Shown here in pieces: positions 11,511-25,597 of a DNA stretch of 64,000 nucleotides. The stretch is from Glaucostegus cemiculus (Eukaryota). The notes under the pieces were generated by a model, which was given only the letters and a program-made list of their open reading frames with translations, ran no database searches and was not told the DNA's origin. A program made the position numbers and the translations under genes. The stretch's first letter is position 1; every line of letters begins with the position of its first letter. The stretch covers positions 4,278,001 to 4,342,000 of the forward strand of contig CDPCPM010000069.1 of the NCBI GenBank assembly GCA_976551045.1, written 5' to 3'.

Positions 11511-13922
11511 CCTCAAACAATCTAAACTCTAAACAACCCCACCTGAATCATAGGCCTGGATTTACTTTTCCAGAAGGCAAAGGGCATTCCGTATAGTTCA
11601 ACATTGTTTTTTTACATTTCCAACATTTATTTTGTATTTGTAGCCATTGACATTTTGACACAGTTTGAATTTAACAGAGGTATTTCATATTAAAATGTTT
11701 ATTCTTTAAGAAAGTGACAAAGATTTTAATGTGCTTAAAAGATGTTATCTATTAAAATGTTTTCAGTAATTTGAGGTTTGGTGAATGTTATTTCAATTAG
11801 GAGTTTGCTTTCTATTTAATTTAACCAAAACATCTGAAAATGAACAGGTGTGGATAGGAGGATTCTGGATTTGCTGATGGCAGGAATGTTGTCTATTACA
11901 CTTGCCAAAATGACTGGCTCCAAGATTATCGCCTGACTGATCAAAGAAGCTCAAGAGAAGAAAGGTCATAGCAATCTGTTCTTTTTCAAATTGCTATTAC
12001 CATATCAATGTTCAAAACAGAAGACAAAATCCCAAGAGGGTCATCTTGTCCACTGTCAAGAAGATCTTGAGCATGTTATAACCTTGTTGTTAACTGTAAT
12101 AGATCAAAAGAGCTTTCAGCAGAATGTCAGTGAACAGGCTGAACAGCAAGTTATCAGTCCTTTGCTACAAAGGCTACTTCACATTGGCTTCAACTACTGT
12201 GCTCCTTGCTTCACTCAAAGGAACCCAGATGCATTCTCCTTTATCTGCAATATTTATACCATAAAAACATGTGCTGGCTTACTATGGGGATCAGTTTTGA
12301 GTGCAAAATTAATTACAAGTAAATCAACAGTCCCTCTGTAATCATCCTGCCTGTTGCAAAAACTGAAATATTTTTTAAGAAATAAAGCCGTTTTAAAAGT
12401 GAATCTCAAACCTGTAAATAAATTTCTGTGATATCCAAGCACATTTGACAGATTTGATATGTATGTTTTCAGCTCAGTTCTTCTTTTTATAATCTATCCT
12501 TTTAGATTAACAACTAAAGTTATCTTGCCTGCAGATATGGCATGGGAAAGATTTCTTATCATATTTATGTATGACATTCGTTTGTCCTTTTTCAAAATAT
12601 GGTGTGAGATGAATCACCAAGACAAAGCAGGTTATAGGCTAAATGTGGGTAAATAGGATTAGTACTGATACATACAATGGTTGGCATGGACATGGTGGCC
12701 GCACCTACAAATGGAATGAGGAATCAGGTCAAAAAGCAGCAAGGAAACCTCCAGTTGATTACCACCCACTGCCTTCCTTTTGCTGATGAAACCATATCCT
12801 GCCAAACTGAATACTGCATGGAAAAAGTACCGATAAACTAATGGCAGCAAGGGGCCATCACCAAGAGAGGTTTGGCAGTATTAGCACTGACCAAGCTGGC
12901 CGAGCCCTGAAGGTCAAACGTGTGACGGGCATTAGAGAAACAACCAGAACAAAGTCTTCCTGATCTGATTCTCCTCAGTTGCATCAATCCATGAAATTAT
13001 AAGAGGAGCGACCACTGTTCAGTCCTTGCGGAGCCAAAGTTCAACCTTTGTACAGAGTGATCATCTCAGACATATTCTGTGGTACTCCCATCACAGTAAT
13101 TCTGATAGATTCACAACAAATCTGGGCACAGGTGAGTCGCACTGAATCATTTGCAACAGCAGAATTATGTTCCACCATGTTCTGAGCCTTATAGCTGCGC
13201 CATTCCTTCCACCATTACTGTCATGCCTAGGGCCAGCTCTGGTTCAGTGAGGAGGGAACCTGGTAAAGGTACAATACAAGACTTAATGTATGCTAATCAG
13301 TGGAAACGGTACATTATAGATGAAACCAAGAAATTTCATAACCAGTGGATCATTAACTCACAAAATAAAAAGCTCAGCCAGATAAATGAGTATGCTGGTG
13401 GAGTGAAGCTGCTTTAGTTTCCATTCAAGGAAGAAACTTTGGATCCTCAGACCATCCTGGTGTTGGGATGGAAGACATCCATAGTAAAGATAATATAGTT
13501 GGGACCAGGAAAATGTCATATTAGTAGAATCCTGCCTTACATTATGGAAGCAAATTCTACTTCCTAGCTGTTGGTTGGAAGCCCACATCATTCTCATCCA
13601 AGTACTTTTTAAATTTGATTAGGGTGTTTGCCTCTTTCCTTTCTTTCAGGCAGTAAGTTCAATACCCCAACAATTCTTTTGGTAAAATGACCAATTACTG
13701 CAAATATTGACACGGCCCCCCCCCCCCCCCACCTCACCTCCTATTTAATGACTCTCCGCTGGGTCTTTTCATTTTTAGCCTGTCCATGCTTTCTATTATT
13801 ATATACTAATTGATTAAATCTCTCCGTCACTTCTTCTATTTCAAAATCAACCAACTCCATTCTAGGCTTGTTCTCACCTCATAATTACAGTTCTCTAAAC
13901 CTGGCAACATGATTGTAAATCT

Positions 13923-14225
13923 TAAGATAAGATGGATAAGATCTTTATTAGTCACATGTATGTCAAAACACACAGTGAAATACATCTTTTGCGTAATAAT
14001 TTTGGGGGGTAGTCCGCAAGTGTCACCACACTTCCGGTGCCAACATAAGCATCCCCATAACTTCCTAACCTAAAGGTCTTTGGAATGTGGGAGGAAACCG
14101 GAGCACCCGGAGGAAACCCACATAGACATGGGGAGAACACACAAACTCCTTACAGATGGTGGCTGGATTTGAACCCCCGTCACTGGCACTGTAAAGCATT
14201 ATGCTAACCATTATGTTACCGTGCC
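13923..14225 (-). mobile_element. tRNA-derived V-SINE with LINE-like tail
   Basis: V-domain gtttcctccgggtgctccggtttcctcccacat on the minus strand; A/B-box-like head; second copy at 50085-50387. Confidence 0.88.
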
Positions 14226-14489
14226 TGCAGTCCTATCATATCCTTCTGATTAAACATAGTCAACATGGTTTTATGAAAGGTAAATCATGCTTAACAAATT
14301 TGCTTGAATTCTTTGAGGATGTAACAGTAAGAGTTGATAGAGTGGAACCTGCAGATGTAGTGTATTTAGATTTCCAAAAGGCCTTTTTACAAGATGCCAC
14401 ATGAGAGGCTGGAGCATAAATTTAAAGCCCATGGTCTCAGAGGAAGTGTGTTAGAATGGATTGAAAACTGGTTGTCTCATAATAACAGC

Positions 14490-15007
14490 AGGGGTTTGAA
14501 GAGATTTGGTATGTCGCCAAAGACTCTAGCAAATTTCTACGATGTACAGTGGAGAACATTCTGACTGATTTCATCACCACCTGGTATGGAAGCTCCAATG
14601 TGCAGGATCGAAAGAGACTGCAGAGAGTTGTAGACTCTGTTAGCACCATCACGGGTACAATCCTCCCCACTATCAAGGACATCTTCAAGAGGCAGTGCCT
14701 GGCAGCATCCATCATTAAGGATCATCACCATCTGGGACATGCCCTCTTCTTGTTACTACCATCAGGGAGGAGGTATAGGAGCCTGAAGACCCACACTCAA
14801 TGTTTTAGGAACAGCTTCTTTCCTTCTGCCACCAGATTTCCGTATGGTCCATGAACCCATGAACACTACCTCTTTATCCCTCTTTTGCACTATTTACTTT
14901 TGTTTTGGGGAAACTTATAGTAATTGTTATGTCTTGCACTGTGTTGATGCTGCAGAATAACAAATTTCACAACGTAGGTCAGTGATAATAAACCTGATTC
15001 TGATTCT
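14490..15007 (+). mobile_element. Rex1/Babar LINE 3' fragment
   Basis: ORF 14549..14854 (ENILT..ITTWYG...LLPSGRRYRSLKTHT..FRNSFFP); aataaacctgattctgattct tail. Confidence 0.9.
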
Positions 15008-15704
15008 AAATGGGTTCTTTAAAGGCTGGAAGTAGGGAACTTGTGAAGTACCACATGGATCAGTTCTTGGACCACAGTTATTCATTACTTACATTAATGA
15101 TCTGGAGGAAGGAACAGTATGTGAGGTTTCCAAATATTGTTGATGATACAAAAATAGATGAAAGGGCATGTTGTGATAAACGTACTATAATTCTGCCATG
15201 GGATGCAGATAGGTTGAGTGAGTGGGCTAAAGTCTGTCAAATGAATTTTATGTGGGGAATTGTAGGGCATGCACTTCAGAAGGGAAATAAAAAGGCAGAT
15301 TATTATCTATATGGAGAGAGATGCAAACAAGTGAAGTTCAGAGGGGTGTAGGTGTTCTCGTGCATGAATCACAAAAAGCTAGCCTGCAGGTCCAACAAGT
15401 AGTTAAGAAGGCAAATGGCATTTTGGCCTTTATTGCAAAGGGGTTGGATTTTAAAGATAGGAAGGTTTTATTGCAATTGTACAGGGTGTGGGTGAGGCCT
15501 CAGGTAGAATACTGCATACAGTTTTGGTTCTCTTATGTTAAAAAAAATAGTAACATTTGAGGCAGTTCATAGGAGACTCACCAGGCTAACTCCTGGGCTG
15601 AGAATGTTGTCCTACCAAGAGAGACTAAGTAGTTTAGGTTTGTATTCCTTGGAGTTTAGAAGAATAAGGAGTGACTTTATTCAAGTATATAAAATCCTAA
15701 GTGG

Positions 15705-15836
15705 AAACACGAGATTGCAGATGCTAGAATCTGGAGCAACAAACAAGATGCTCAAGGAACTCAACGGGTCCGGCAGCATCTGTGGAAGGAAATGGACGGT
15801 CAACATTTCGGATCAATACCCTTCAGCTGGACTGAG
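15705..15836 (-). mobile_element. Penelope-like terminal fragment inserted in CR1
   Basis: Family terminus sequence; flanking imperfect direct repeat TCCTAAGTGG (15695-15704) / TTCTAAATGG (15837-15846). Confidence 0.8.
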
Positions 15837-15952
15837 TTCTAAATGGGCCTGACATGGTAGATGTTGAGAGGATTTCATTTGTGGGAGACTCTCAAACAAT
15901 GGGATAAGGTGCTGGTTATTTAAAACTGAAGTACATAGAAAATTCTTCTTGT

Positions 15953-17821
15953 AGACCATAAGACCACAAGGCATAGGAGCAGAATTAGACCATTTGGCCC
16001 ATCAAGTCTGCCTCACCATTCGACCATGGCTGATTTATTTTTCCATCTCAACCCCATTCTCATGCCTTCTTCTCATAACGTTTGATGCCCATAATAATCA
16101 AGAGTGTATCAACCTCTGCTTTAAATATACCCAATGTCTTGGCCTCCACAGCCATCTGGGGCAATAAATTCCACAGATTTAGCACCCTCTGGCTAAAGAA
16201 ATTCCTCCTCATCTCTGTTCTAAAGGGACGTCCTTCTATTCTGAGGCTGTGCCCTCTGGTCCTAGACTCTCCCACTACTGGGAACATCCTCTCCATGTCC
16301 ACTCTATCCAGGCCTTTCAATATTCAGTAAGTTTCAGTGAGATTCCACCCCCCCCCCCCACCATCCTTCTAAATTCCAGCGAGTACAGGCCCAGAGCCAT
16401 CAAACACGGCTCATATGTTAACCCTTTCATCCCCAGGATCATTCTTGTAAACGTCCTCTGGACCCTGTCCAATGCTAGCACATCCTTCCTTAGATATGGG
16501 GCCCAAAACTGCTCACAATACTCCAAATGGGGTCTGACCAATGCCCTACAAAGCCTCAGCATTACAACCTTGCTTTTAAATTCTAGTCCTCTCAAAATGA
16601 ATGCTAACATTGCATTTGTCTTCCTTACTATCAACTCAACCTGCAAGTTAACCTCTAGGGAATCCTGCACTGGGACTCCTAAGTCCCTTTGCACCTCCAA
16701 TTTCTGAATTCACTCCCCATTTATAAAATTGTCTATGCCTTTATTCCTTCTACCAAAGTGCATGACCATACACTTCCCTACCACTTCCCTATTCCATCTG
16801 CCACTTCTTTGCTCATTTTCCTAAACTGTCCAAGTCCTTCTGCAGACTCCCTGCTTCCTCTACACTACTTCCCCTTCATTTACCTTTGTATCATCTGCAA
16901 ACTAGGCCACAAAGTTGTCAATTCTGTCATCCAGATCATTAACATATAACATGAAAAGTAGCATATCCAACACCGACCCCTGTGGAACACCGCTAATCAC
17001 CAGCAGCTAACCAGACGAGGCCCCCCTTATTCCCACTCTTTGCCTTCTGCCAGTCAGCCAATCTTCAATCCATGCTAATACCTTTCCTGTAATACCAGGG
17101 GCTCCTATCTTGTTTAGCAGCCTCATGTGTGGCACCTTGTCAAAGGCCTTCTGAAAATCCAAGTCAACAACATCCAGGCAGGATAGACAAAGGAAACCCA
17201 GCCTATGACTTCCTCAAAGAATTCCAACAGATTTGTCAGGCAAGATCTCCCCTTAAGGAAATCATGCTGACTTGGGCCTATTTTATCATTAATATTGATA
17301 ACATTTTACCAACCACTGAAGTCAGGCTGATGGCCTATAATTTCCTGTCTTTTACCTCCCTCCCTTCTTAAAGAGTTGAGTGACATTTGCGATTTTCCAG
17401 TCCCCCAGAAACATTCCTGACTTGAGGGATTCTTGAAAGATCACTACTAATCTCCGCAGCTACCTTTTTCAGAACCCTGGGGTGTAGTCCATCCAGTCCA
17501 GGTGACTTATCCACCTTCAGACTTTTCAACTTCCCAAGCACCTTCTCCTTAGTAATAGCAACTACACTCACTTCTGCCCCTGACTGTCTCGAATTTTTGG
17601 CATGTTGCTGGTGTCTTCCCCAGAGAAGACTGATGCAAAATACACATTCAGTTCATCTGCTATTTCTTTGTTCCCCATTACTACCTCTCCAGCATCATTT
17701 TCCAGTGGTCCGATGTCCACTCTTGCCTCTCTTTTACTCTTTATATATCTGAAAATAATTTTGGTATCCTCTTTTATATTATTTGATAGCTTACCTTAAT
17801 ATTTCATCTTTTCTCCCCTTA
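15953..17821 (-). mobile_element. CR1 LINE, about 1.9 kb, with internal deletions
   Basis: ORFs 16060..16320, 16317..16700 (RPHLEYCEQFWAPYLRKD) and 17368..17571 (KVDKSPGLDGLHPRVLK); (accataag)n-like tail. Confidence 0.93.
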
Positions 17822-18212
17822 TGATGGTGAATCTCTGGGATTTTCTGCCTGGGTGGATGGTGGAAGGTGGATCAATCGAATTATTTAAAGTGGAGGTCGA
17901 TAAACATTTGATAAATCAATGAATAGAGGGGTATGGAGAAGTAGGACCGAAGAGGAGTTGAGGCCAACCTAGAACAGCTATGACCGTATTAAACAACAGG
18001 ACATGCTTGAAGACTTACTCCTGATCTTATTTTCTTGCATTCTTGTGTAGTAAGTGAATTGTATGATGTATAATTTTTTATATAGATCATCATGAGCTCC
18101 TTACACTTATATTTTAAACATATTAACTATCTGTTCTTTTACCATATGGAATATCTGGACCTGTACTCCAAGATCCTTCTGTTATTCTGAACTTCTCTCA
18201 GTCCTACTATTT

Positions 18213-18295
18213 ACAGAGAGTGCTCAGGTTACGACAGGTTTTCATTCCTGAGAACTGTTCGTAACCCCAAACTGTTAGTAAATTGGAAATTAACA
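18213..18295. mobile_element. Possible Tigger/pogo-like DNA transposon end
   Basis: ta|cagagagtgctcaggttacgac...ttcgtaacc resembles a Tigger-type terminal repeat; partner end not found. Confidence 0.4.
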
Positions 18296-18299
18296 AAAA

Positions 18300-18495
18300 C
18301 AGTGCTTCTTCCCTCCACTATCAGATTTCTGAGCAACCCCTGAACCCATGAACACTATCTCATTATTCTGATTTGTTTTTGCACTACTTATTTATTTTTG
18401 TAAATTGTAGAATTTTATGTCTTTGCACTGTACTGCTGCCTCAGAACTACAAATTTCACATCAAATGTCAGTGATAATAAATCTGTTTCTGATTC
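18300..18495 (+). mobile_element. Rex1 3' tail
   Basis: Near copy of 14810-15007 (tgaacccatgaacacta...cagtgataataaa..tgatt). Confidence 0.85.
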
Positions 18496-18749
18496 CGTGG
18501 CAGAGAATCACTGAAACAACTGTGATGGGAGAGCGAGCAGGGGCAGGGACAGTGGCTGTCAGCCGGCCTCACTGACTCAGCAGTGAGCAAGTGAGTCTGT
18601 TCAGTGCTTCCAGTTCTGCTCAGCTTGACCAGGCCCTGATCGTTGTGACTCAGGAGGGGGTGAGGAGAGAAAGCACAGAAATGTCCCCTTCCCACCCCGC
18701 AGAAGATGCCTCCAGGCCCTTTGGCCCACAGTGTTGTGCTTCTCCTCTT

Positions 18750-19210
18750 CAAATGTATTGAACTCCATTTGCTAGTATTCCCTTTGCTTGACTAGTATTC
18801 TTCTAGCAGCTACAACCTTTTTCCTCAGTGCCAACTATGTGGCTGTGCTTGTACCCTCTCTATGATCGAATCTCCCAAAGTTAATGTAAATCATTGAAGT
18901 GTGTCATAAGGACCAAGACCTAGAACTGTGCCCTGTCAAATGCCACTGCAAAACAGTCTTCTGGTCACTAAAACATCCATTGATCATTATCCTTTGATTC
19001 CTGCCAGAGTTAGTTTTGGTTCCCATGGGCATTTACTCTTCTGATGAGTCTGCCTTGTGGAATCATGTCAGATGCTTTCCAAAATTCATGTGGATTATAT
19101 CAAATGTACTGCCCTCATTGACCCTTCTAGTTACCTTCTCAAAAATTTCAATCATCAGTCAAACAGAACCTTCCCTTGACAAATCCATGCTAACTGTCTT
19201 TGAATAATCT
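18750..19210 (-). mobile_element. Degraded CR1 RT fragment
   Basis: cttcccttgacaaatccatgct is the reverse of the QHGFVKG motif. Confidence 0.65.
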
Positions 19211-22200
19211 GTGCCTTTCAAAATGAAGACAGATTTAACATAGCGTGACATTGGTCCTCTGACCCTTTCAATAGCTTCAGTATTTCTGAGGCAACAGGTG
19301 CAGGCATAAGGAAAACATGTTAATGAAGGAACAGATCGTGTCTTCGTCATTTACTATACCAAAGGTAGCTGGAAATTTTGACCAAATTCAGCTTCTCAGA
19401 AAAAATGTGCAGGTAACAACCTGGGTTGTGGTGGCTGGAATCAGAGCAGTGGGGGAGGTTGGAAAGGAAGTAGCAGCTCATGAAATGCCAAGAGGAGGAG
19501 GCTGATCAAATCTGGTTTTATTGTCTTCTCTCAGATTAAGTGGGCCTTCTCAGATTCAGCATCTAAAGCACATTACCCACCTTGTTATTTATTGACAACT
19601 TCAGCATTGTTATGAAGTGAAAGACCGTATTAACATTAAATGTAATTTGCTAGTTTCAACTTATTGATGTGAAATAAAAACCGAATTGCAATATCAAAGA
19701 AAACAAGCACCACTAAAACAATTGGGCAACATAATATTGCTTATTCATTCCTGAAAAAGATGCGGAAAATATCAGATATTGTAAATGATCCCACGGAAGT
19801 AATTCAATGTATGGCTTTAGATCATGTGGAGTACAATCTGATCATTTCATAACCACCTCTGCAATCCCTTGACAAGACTGCACACTGGTTGGAGAGTTTC
19901 CATCCCAGCCACAGTGACCAAGATCACATAATGCAGAATTACATTCTATTTTTAGCAATCTTCAGTCATTGAGATCATAAGGATTATTGACGGGTTGAGT
20001 GGAAATAGAGAAGAGTTTATTATATGTTGTTGGGCACTGTAGAGGGAATTTTATTCTGTGTCAGTTTGGTAGCTCTTTACTGAAGAATAAATGTGTAATT
20101 TCCTTGGTACCTGGCTCCAGAATCCATCACAAATTTTATAATTTGGGTTGTTGAGATTTTATTTACAGAAATACAAGTCCAACAAGCAAGTCTTGTCTCT
20201 GCCAAGCAACAACCTGCTCTTGAACTGCATTTCACTGCTCCATGATGCTATCACCCTGTTCCCTAGTGGCATATCACTGGTCCCTTTGAGTGTCAGTTGG
20301 CTCCCATGTAATGGAGACCAGACCTCTAAATGGATATGATTGAGATGACATAAAATCAGGAAGACCTTGTGCGGCTATTGTCTATACCAACACTGTGCAA
20401 GGGATTGCTGCCAAGTCCTTGAATGTGGTCTCTGCTCTGGATTACTTACACACTGCTGTGATAGGTAGTCTCCTTATATAAAGTATTTTTATGAGTGAGT
20501 TCCTTGTTGCCCAGACAGATATAATGAATAAAATTAAAAATGCAAGAGCAAGCAAAGCAACATTTTCCAGGTTAAAGACCTGTTACAAAATTGTGACAGT
20601 TTAGAACACTCTAAAGTACATGAAGTAATTTGTATTTAATGTGAGAAATACAGACCAATAGAGAATTGTACCAGTGTAGCAAAGACACAATTGGAGAACT
20701 AGAAAAAGGAGAACCTTTAGCGAGGCTATGAATCCATGCATTTAACATTGGAATATTTGACCAGATATAACATGGGAATAATTTAAAAGCAATATTTAGA
20801 ACAGAGTAAAAATAAGACTGCTTTGCAGCTGACATTACATTCTGCCATTAATCATTATAAATTAAGCACAATTATGAAACAACTTTGCTATAATAGCACA
20901 GAGTCACAATCTCAAAGGTTTCACTTAAGTTTTGAAGGTTTTCTGCAGCAGTGCTCCAAGGCAGTGTGCAGTGTAACATAACCCGGCTGAAAGGGTCAGC
21001 TAAGTAGGATTTAGAATGCTTTTTAAAAAGCCACATGCTGGACAGTCAGGATAAGAGTCATTTATTGTATTGACTGTTGCCAAGCTGCCCTAGTATAAAT
21101 ATAACCTTATAGGTGTTAAAAATAAATGTTGGTGTTAACTTTGAAGGCACAATGGGAGGTAGGACAGAATAAATTTATATACAGTATCACTTTCAAGATG
21201 CAAATCTCATATATCTGACGATATCCACAAAGATATTGTTGTATATCAATGTATGTTACAAAAAAGCACTGATATATTGGTTATTTGTTATGACTGTTAT
21301 CATAGATAAGATCTGATTGATCATACTTGCATTATATTTGTTTTAGAGATATAATCCCCAACATTTTCCATAGCTTGTTGGTTTTTAAGACAATACTGGC
21401 TTGTGATAGATACAGTTTCATGTACTGTTGTATCCTTGTAGTATCTCAATTAAAGTGTTCTTCAAGAGCCTGGGTGACAGATGGACTACTTGACCACAAA
21501 ATTTTGATAGGGAAGAGGTTTAATAATTTAGATATGTAATTTTGTCTTTTATAAATATAGAGAACTACATAATGTGTTCTGCTTAATATTCCCTGAAGAA
21601 AGGAGATACAGTATTTTTATTCATCTTGGTCTGGAATTTCTACTGTGGTGGTTCTAAAGGCTAATATACAAAGGCAACAATTACAGGATGGGAATTGCCT
21701 CTTTACATTTTAAATGTGATTATTTAACTTTAGATCTTAAAGATTGAGTTTCAACAATGCAGAGAGATAAAGCATTAAAAGTGCTGAATATTTAGTGCTC
21801 TGTGTAGAACTGGTAATTCTCTTGGCTCGGGCTCTAAGCCCCCTTAAGCTCCTGATAACACCAGCTGGAATGTTCATTCTCTCTGGACAGCTGGGAGGAG
21901 TGCAGGGGCCAGTCACAAATTAAATTAAGAGGTGTAAAATGCTGTGGGAAGAAAAACAATCCATGATGGAGCTAACAGGTGTCACCAGCCATTCTGTCAG
22001 ATTTGCCACTGTGCTGCTTTGGGAAAGTAAAGTCACCAGAATTTGCTGAATGAGTTTGGATCGCATTTGTTATGTCATTTTATATATTTCATCTTCATGG
22101 ATCAGTAGTCAGTCTAGTGGTCTGCTAGAAGCATATCTCAAATATGCTTCAAAAAAATGTTCTTTCACTAAAGACATCAGATAATGAAAATAAAATTGGG

Positions 22201-22869
22201 TGGTTTACTGCACAAAAATCAATGTTAAAATTGTGATTACAGGATTGAAATGAATTTTAGTTGGCTTTAAATAATTTCATTGACCTACTGTTACTGACTT
22301 GTTCTGCTGGGAAGCTAGTATGACTCAGCCCAAGGACTTCCCAATAATTAGCTTCATTGCAGTTTTCTGCCTGATCTACCATGAATCACACTCAAGAACA
22401 GGGATAGAATGCAGGAGGTGCAAACAGAGAACAGGGGCTCAAAACTCATGGGACCGAGAAACATTTACAAGGCAATGAACTTACTTTACAGAGAGATATT
22501 CACAAGTCTTAACTTACTTTTATTTGACAATGCAAATCACACCACAAGTGATATATATAGTGTTGAATTATGTAATTCTAGGGCTATTCCCAATTTAAAT
22601 TGTCAACCAGAAAACAACAGAAGTACACTATACTTATCAACTAAGAGATTGTTAGAACTATTTCTTTTATATATATCATACTGTATTGCTTTTTTAAATG
22701 ATTACCTATGATTGTTACCCGATCTCTCTGTAATGCATGTGTAAACATTGTTGTTATATATATTAACCTGTATTGATTTGTTATCAATAAAAAGATTGAA
22801 AAGAAAACAACAGAAGGATTGTAGCTTTGATAGAGTATATTGGAAACGATTATGAGGAACAAAATAATT

Positions 22870-23570
22870 TTATTTGGATAAGTATAGATTTATTAAAGGC
22901 AATCTGTGCTTGACTAATGACTGAACTTTTTGATGTAAAGAGAATGTGGATCTGTGTGGTGGATGTTGTTTATATGGAGTTTAGTAAGGCATATGGTGAA
23001 GAGGCACACATATTGCTTGATAAGAAGATGAAAGGCCATGGAATTGATGGGGAAAGCAGCAATAGTCACACAAAACTGAGTGATAGATAGGTTTTCAGAC
23101 AGACCTGTGGAGTACGGTATTTTGCTCCTATGCATACTGTATGTGTATATAGTGGTGACAATAAAACTGATTCTGATTCAGATTCTGATTCAGTGGCATT
23201 TCCCAATAGTTAATTTTGGACCTATTGCTATATTCAATTTTGATAAGTAACCTAGAATTTCATATTGGGGATAGCAATATAAACTTGTAGATGATATAAA
23301 ACCCAGCATAATGGTAGTAATGAAGATGGTAACAAGATATAACCAATGATTTATGATGTCCTGATTATAAACTTTAGAGGTTATACTGGGCATACTTATT
23401 CACATGTGTGAGAGTCGTGTGTGCATATTTAAAAGACATTTGGACAGGCATGGATCAAAAAGGTTTGGAGGGATGAGGGCCACATGGGGCTTGTTCAGGA
23501 AGGCACCTTGGTTGGCATGGACCAGTTGGGCCGAAGGGCCTGTTTCCATGCTGCATGACTCTATGACCCA
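22870..23570 (+). mobile_element. Degraded CR1 pieces with a short Rex1-type tail (about 23130-23190) inserted
   Basis: tgcttgactaat...gtggatgttgtttatatggagtttagtaaggcat (CLTN..VDVVYMDFSKA); CR1 3' end at 23420-23570. Confidence 0.7.
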
Positions 23571-23999
23571 ATATAACATTATCACAGAATGTCTGGAACA
23601 TTCCATCTACCAGTTTGAAGTCCTAACACATATATAATCCTAAATGTTCTGCTTTGGAAGTAAACCATCATACCCACGGAACAACCTTAGTGCTACTGCA
23701 TTTCTAAGCTTTGCAATATTGGGGATGGACTTCACTAATCCATTGTGCTTTGCACGTGGGTTTGGATTTCTCAATTACCGCTTGATAAATACATTGTGAA
23801 AACAGTATATATCCAAAGATGTTGTGGTATATGATTTGCAAGGCAGAACAATTAAAATATTTATATATTAAGCTTTAAAATGGCAGACTAAATATTCCAG
23901 ACTCTAACAATATTACATTGCTGCAAAGCAAAATTTCACATGACTCTCCCATCCAAGAGGATCATAATATGAAAGCATATGGATACAGAGAGAAGAGCA

Positions 24000-24490
24000 T
24001 GCTCGTGTTTAAACATACACTTAAGATCTCCCCAAAGCTTGTGGATAATTCTAAGCATCGCCTTTCAGAAGAGATGTAAAGAGCTTAAAAAGTGTACAAA
24101 ACAACATTACCAGAACATTAAATGGTTTAAGAAGTTTCAATTCTGACGAAAAGTTGAATCTATTCTCCTCAGTTCAATGAAGGCCAAAAGGTGACCTAAC
24201 AGAGGGTCTGAGGATGATAACAGGAACATAGAGGATATTATTCCCTCTGACTTGGCTCAGTAACCAATGGTTAGAAATTTAAAAATCAATGCAATACAAT
24301 TAAAAGGGGAGAGAGAGGAGGATGTTTTGTATCCATTTATTGAGTGGTCAGAGCCTAACATCTGACTGCTATGGTGGTGAAAACTGATTCCATAAATAAT
24401 TATAAAAGGGAGAGGGTTAGGTGTTTGAGGACTAGGAACATGCAGGGCTAAGAGCCAACATCAGCGCAATGGGACAAATGCCTCTTTTTG
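24000..24490 (+). mobile_element. Highly degraded CR1 3' fragment
   Basis: Colinear decayed RT C-terminal motifs (cgcctttcagaagagatgta, aggtgacctaacagagg). Confidence 0.55.
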
Positions 24491-24801
24491 CACAGCACTT
24501 TTGTGATCCAATGAAAAGAACAGAATACCAATACAGGAGATAAATCAACTGCATTACAGTCATGGGATTCAGTAATTAAACACAATTTACTTTAGACTTA
24601 TTGCTGTTTTGTTTTGCTTACTTAGTATACCATTCTTTATAAATACACTGCAAAGCAAAAGAGTGAGGAACCAATAAAATCTGTTGCATGCTGTGCTCTG
24701 TACTCTACGAATCAGTGCTTGTAGCTATTGAAATTACCTTCATTATGGAGGCTCAATTCTTCAACTTGTCTTTGAAAATACATCAAATTCCACTAATGAA
24801 T

Positions 24802-25020
24802 TAACACAAAAAGTGTTGGAGGAGCTCAGCGGGTCAGGCAGCTCCATGAATGGAAATGGATGGTCGACATTTTGGTTCGAGACTCTTCAACCCTGATGCA
24901 GGGTTTTGACCTGAAATATCAACAATTTCTTTCCTCTCACAGCTGTTGTATGACCCACTGAGTTCCTCCAGCACATTGTTTGTTGCTCCAGATTCCTGCA
25001 TCTGCAGTCTCTTGTGTCTC
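24802..25020. mobile_element. Fold-back (inverted) Penelope-like terminal element with central hammerhead-like core
   Basis: Left arm gtgttggaggagctcagcgggtca is the inverse of tgacccactgagttcctccagcac; CTGATGCA (24893-24900) and GAAATATC (24913-24920). Confidence 0.82.
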
Positions 25021-25597
25021 TATTGTAAGGGGGGTTGTTTTATAAATGAAAAGATGGGTATCTGTGGTCAGGAATATCATGTGCTTTGGTGTCATTAGTG
25101 TAAAGTGGAGAAGTGGTGCAAAGGAGATCTCCTGAGAAAGAAATCATAGTTTAATTTACAGTAAACTCTGCAAAGAAAGTAAACAACCTTGTAACACAGG
25201 ACATGGTGTTCAGCTAATCTCTTCAGGGACGTTCACCAAGATAAATGTCAACTGCTGCTGGAAAAGCATCAACTCAGTTGAACAATCCCATTCGGTCTGC
25301 ATGAAACTTGTTCATATTCTACACAAGGAACTTTTCATGACCAAGTAGCACAGACTAGATTATTCTCAGAGCTCAAGATTATTTGCTGAGTGATCCTCTG
25401 AAGCTTTCTGCAACCATTGCAAATACTCAAGAAGGAAAAAACCCATATCATCCCACTCTGCTCTGAGGGCTGGAACTTATTAAACCACTTGAGCTGTAGG
25501 AAACAGAAATGGTTAATGTACTTTAATGCGAATGCACTTCATATTGTAAGAAAGGAAAGGTAGCCTAATGCATTGGTGCATTAATTACTATATTGTA

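Larger units (their letters stand above)
14235..18045 (+). mobile_element. CR1 LINE host copy (segments 14235-14490, 15008-15704, 15837-15950, 17822-18045) interrupted by three later insertions
   Basis: ORFs [52 protein letters not shown] are colinear across the interruptions. Confidence 0.88.

Noticed and set aside
11991-12341. 116-aa plus-strand ORF, considered as a possible exon of the expected neighbour AHR
   Set aside because: No bHLH-PAS or other AHR similarity recognised and no convincing splice context; no AHR exon was found in 1-35000
13714-13730. Poly-C run (similar runs near 16348 and 40484)
   Set aside because: Simple homopolymer expansions, mostly inside decayed repeats
14150-14225. 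tRNA-like sequences (also about 50320-50387 and 41510-41568)
   Set aside because: They are SINE heads attached to V-domains, not complete cloverleaf tRNA genes
16249-16949. Plus-strand ORFs of 152 and 86 aa
   Set aside because: Antisense shadows of the minus-strand CR1 RT
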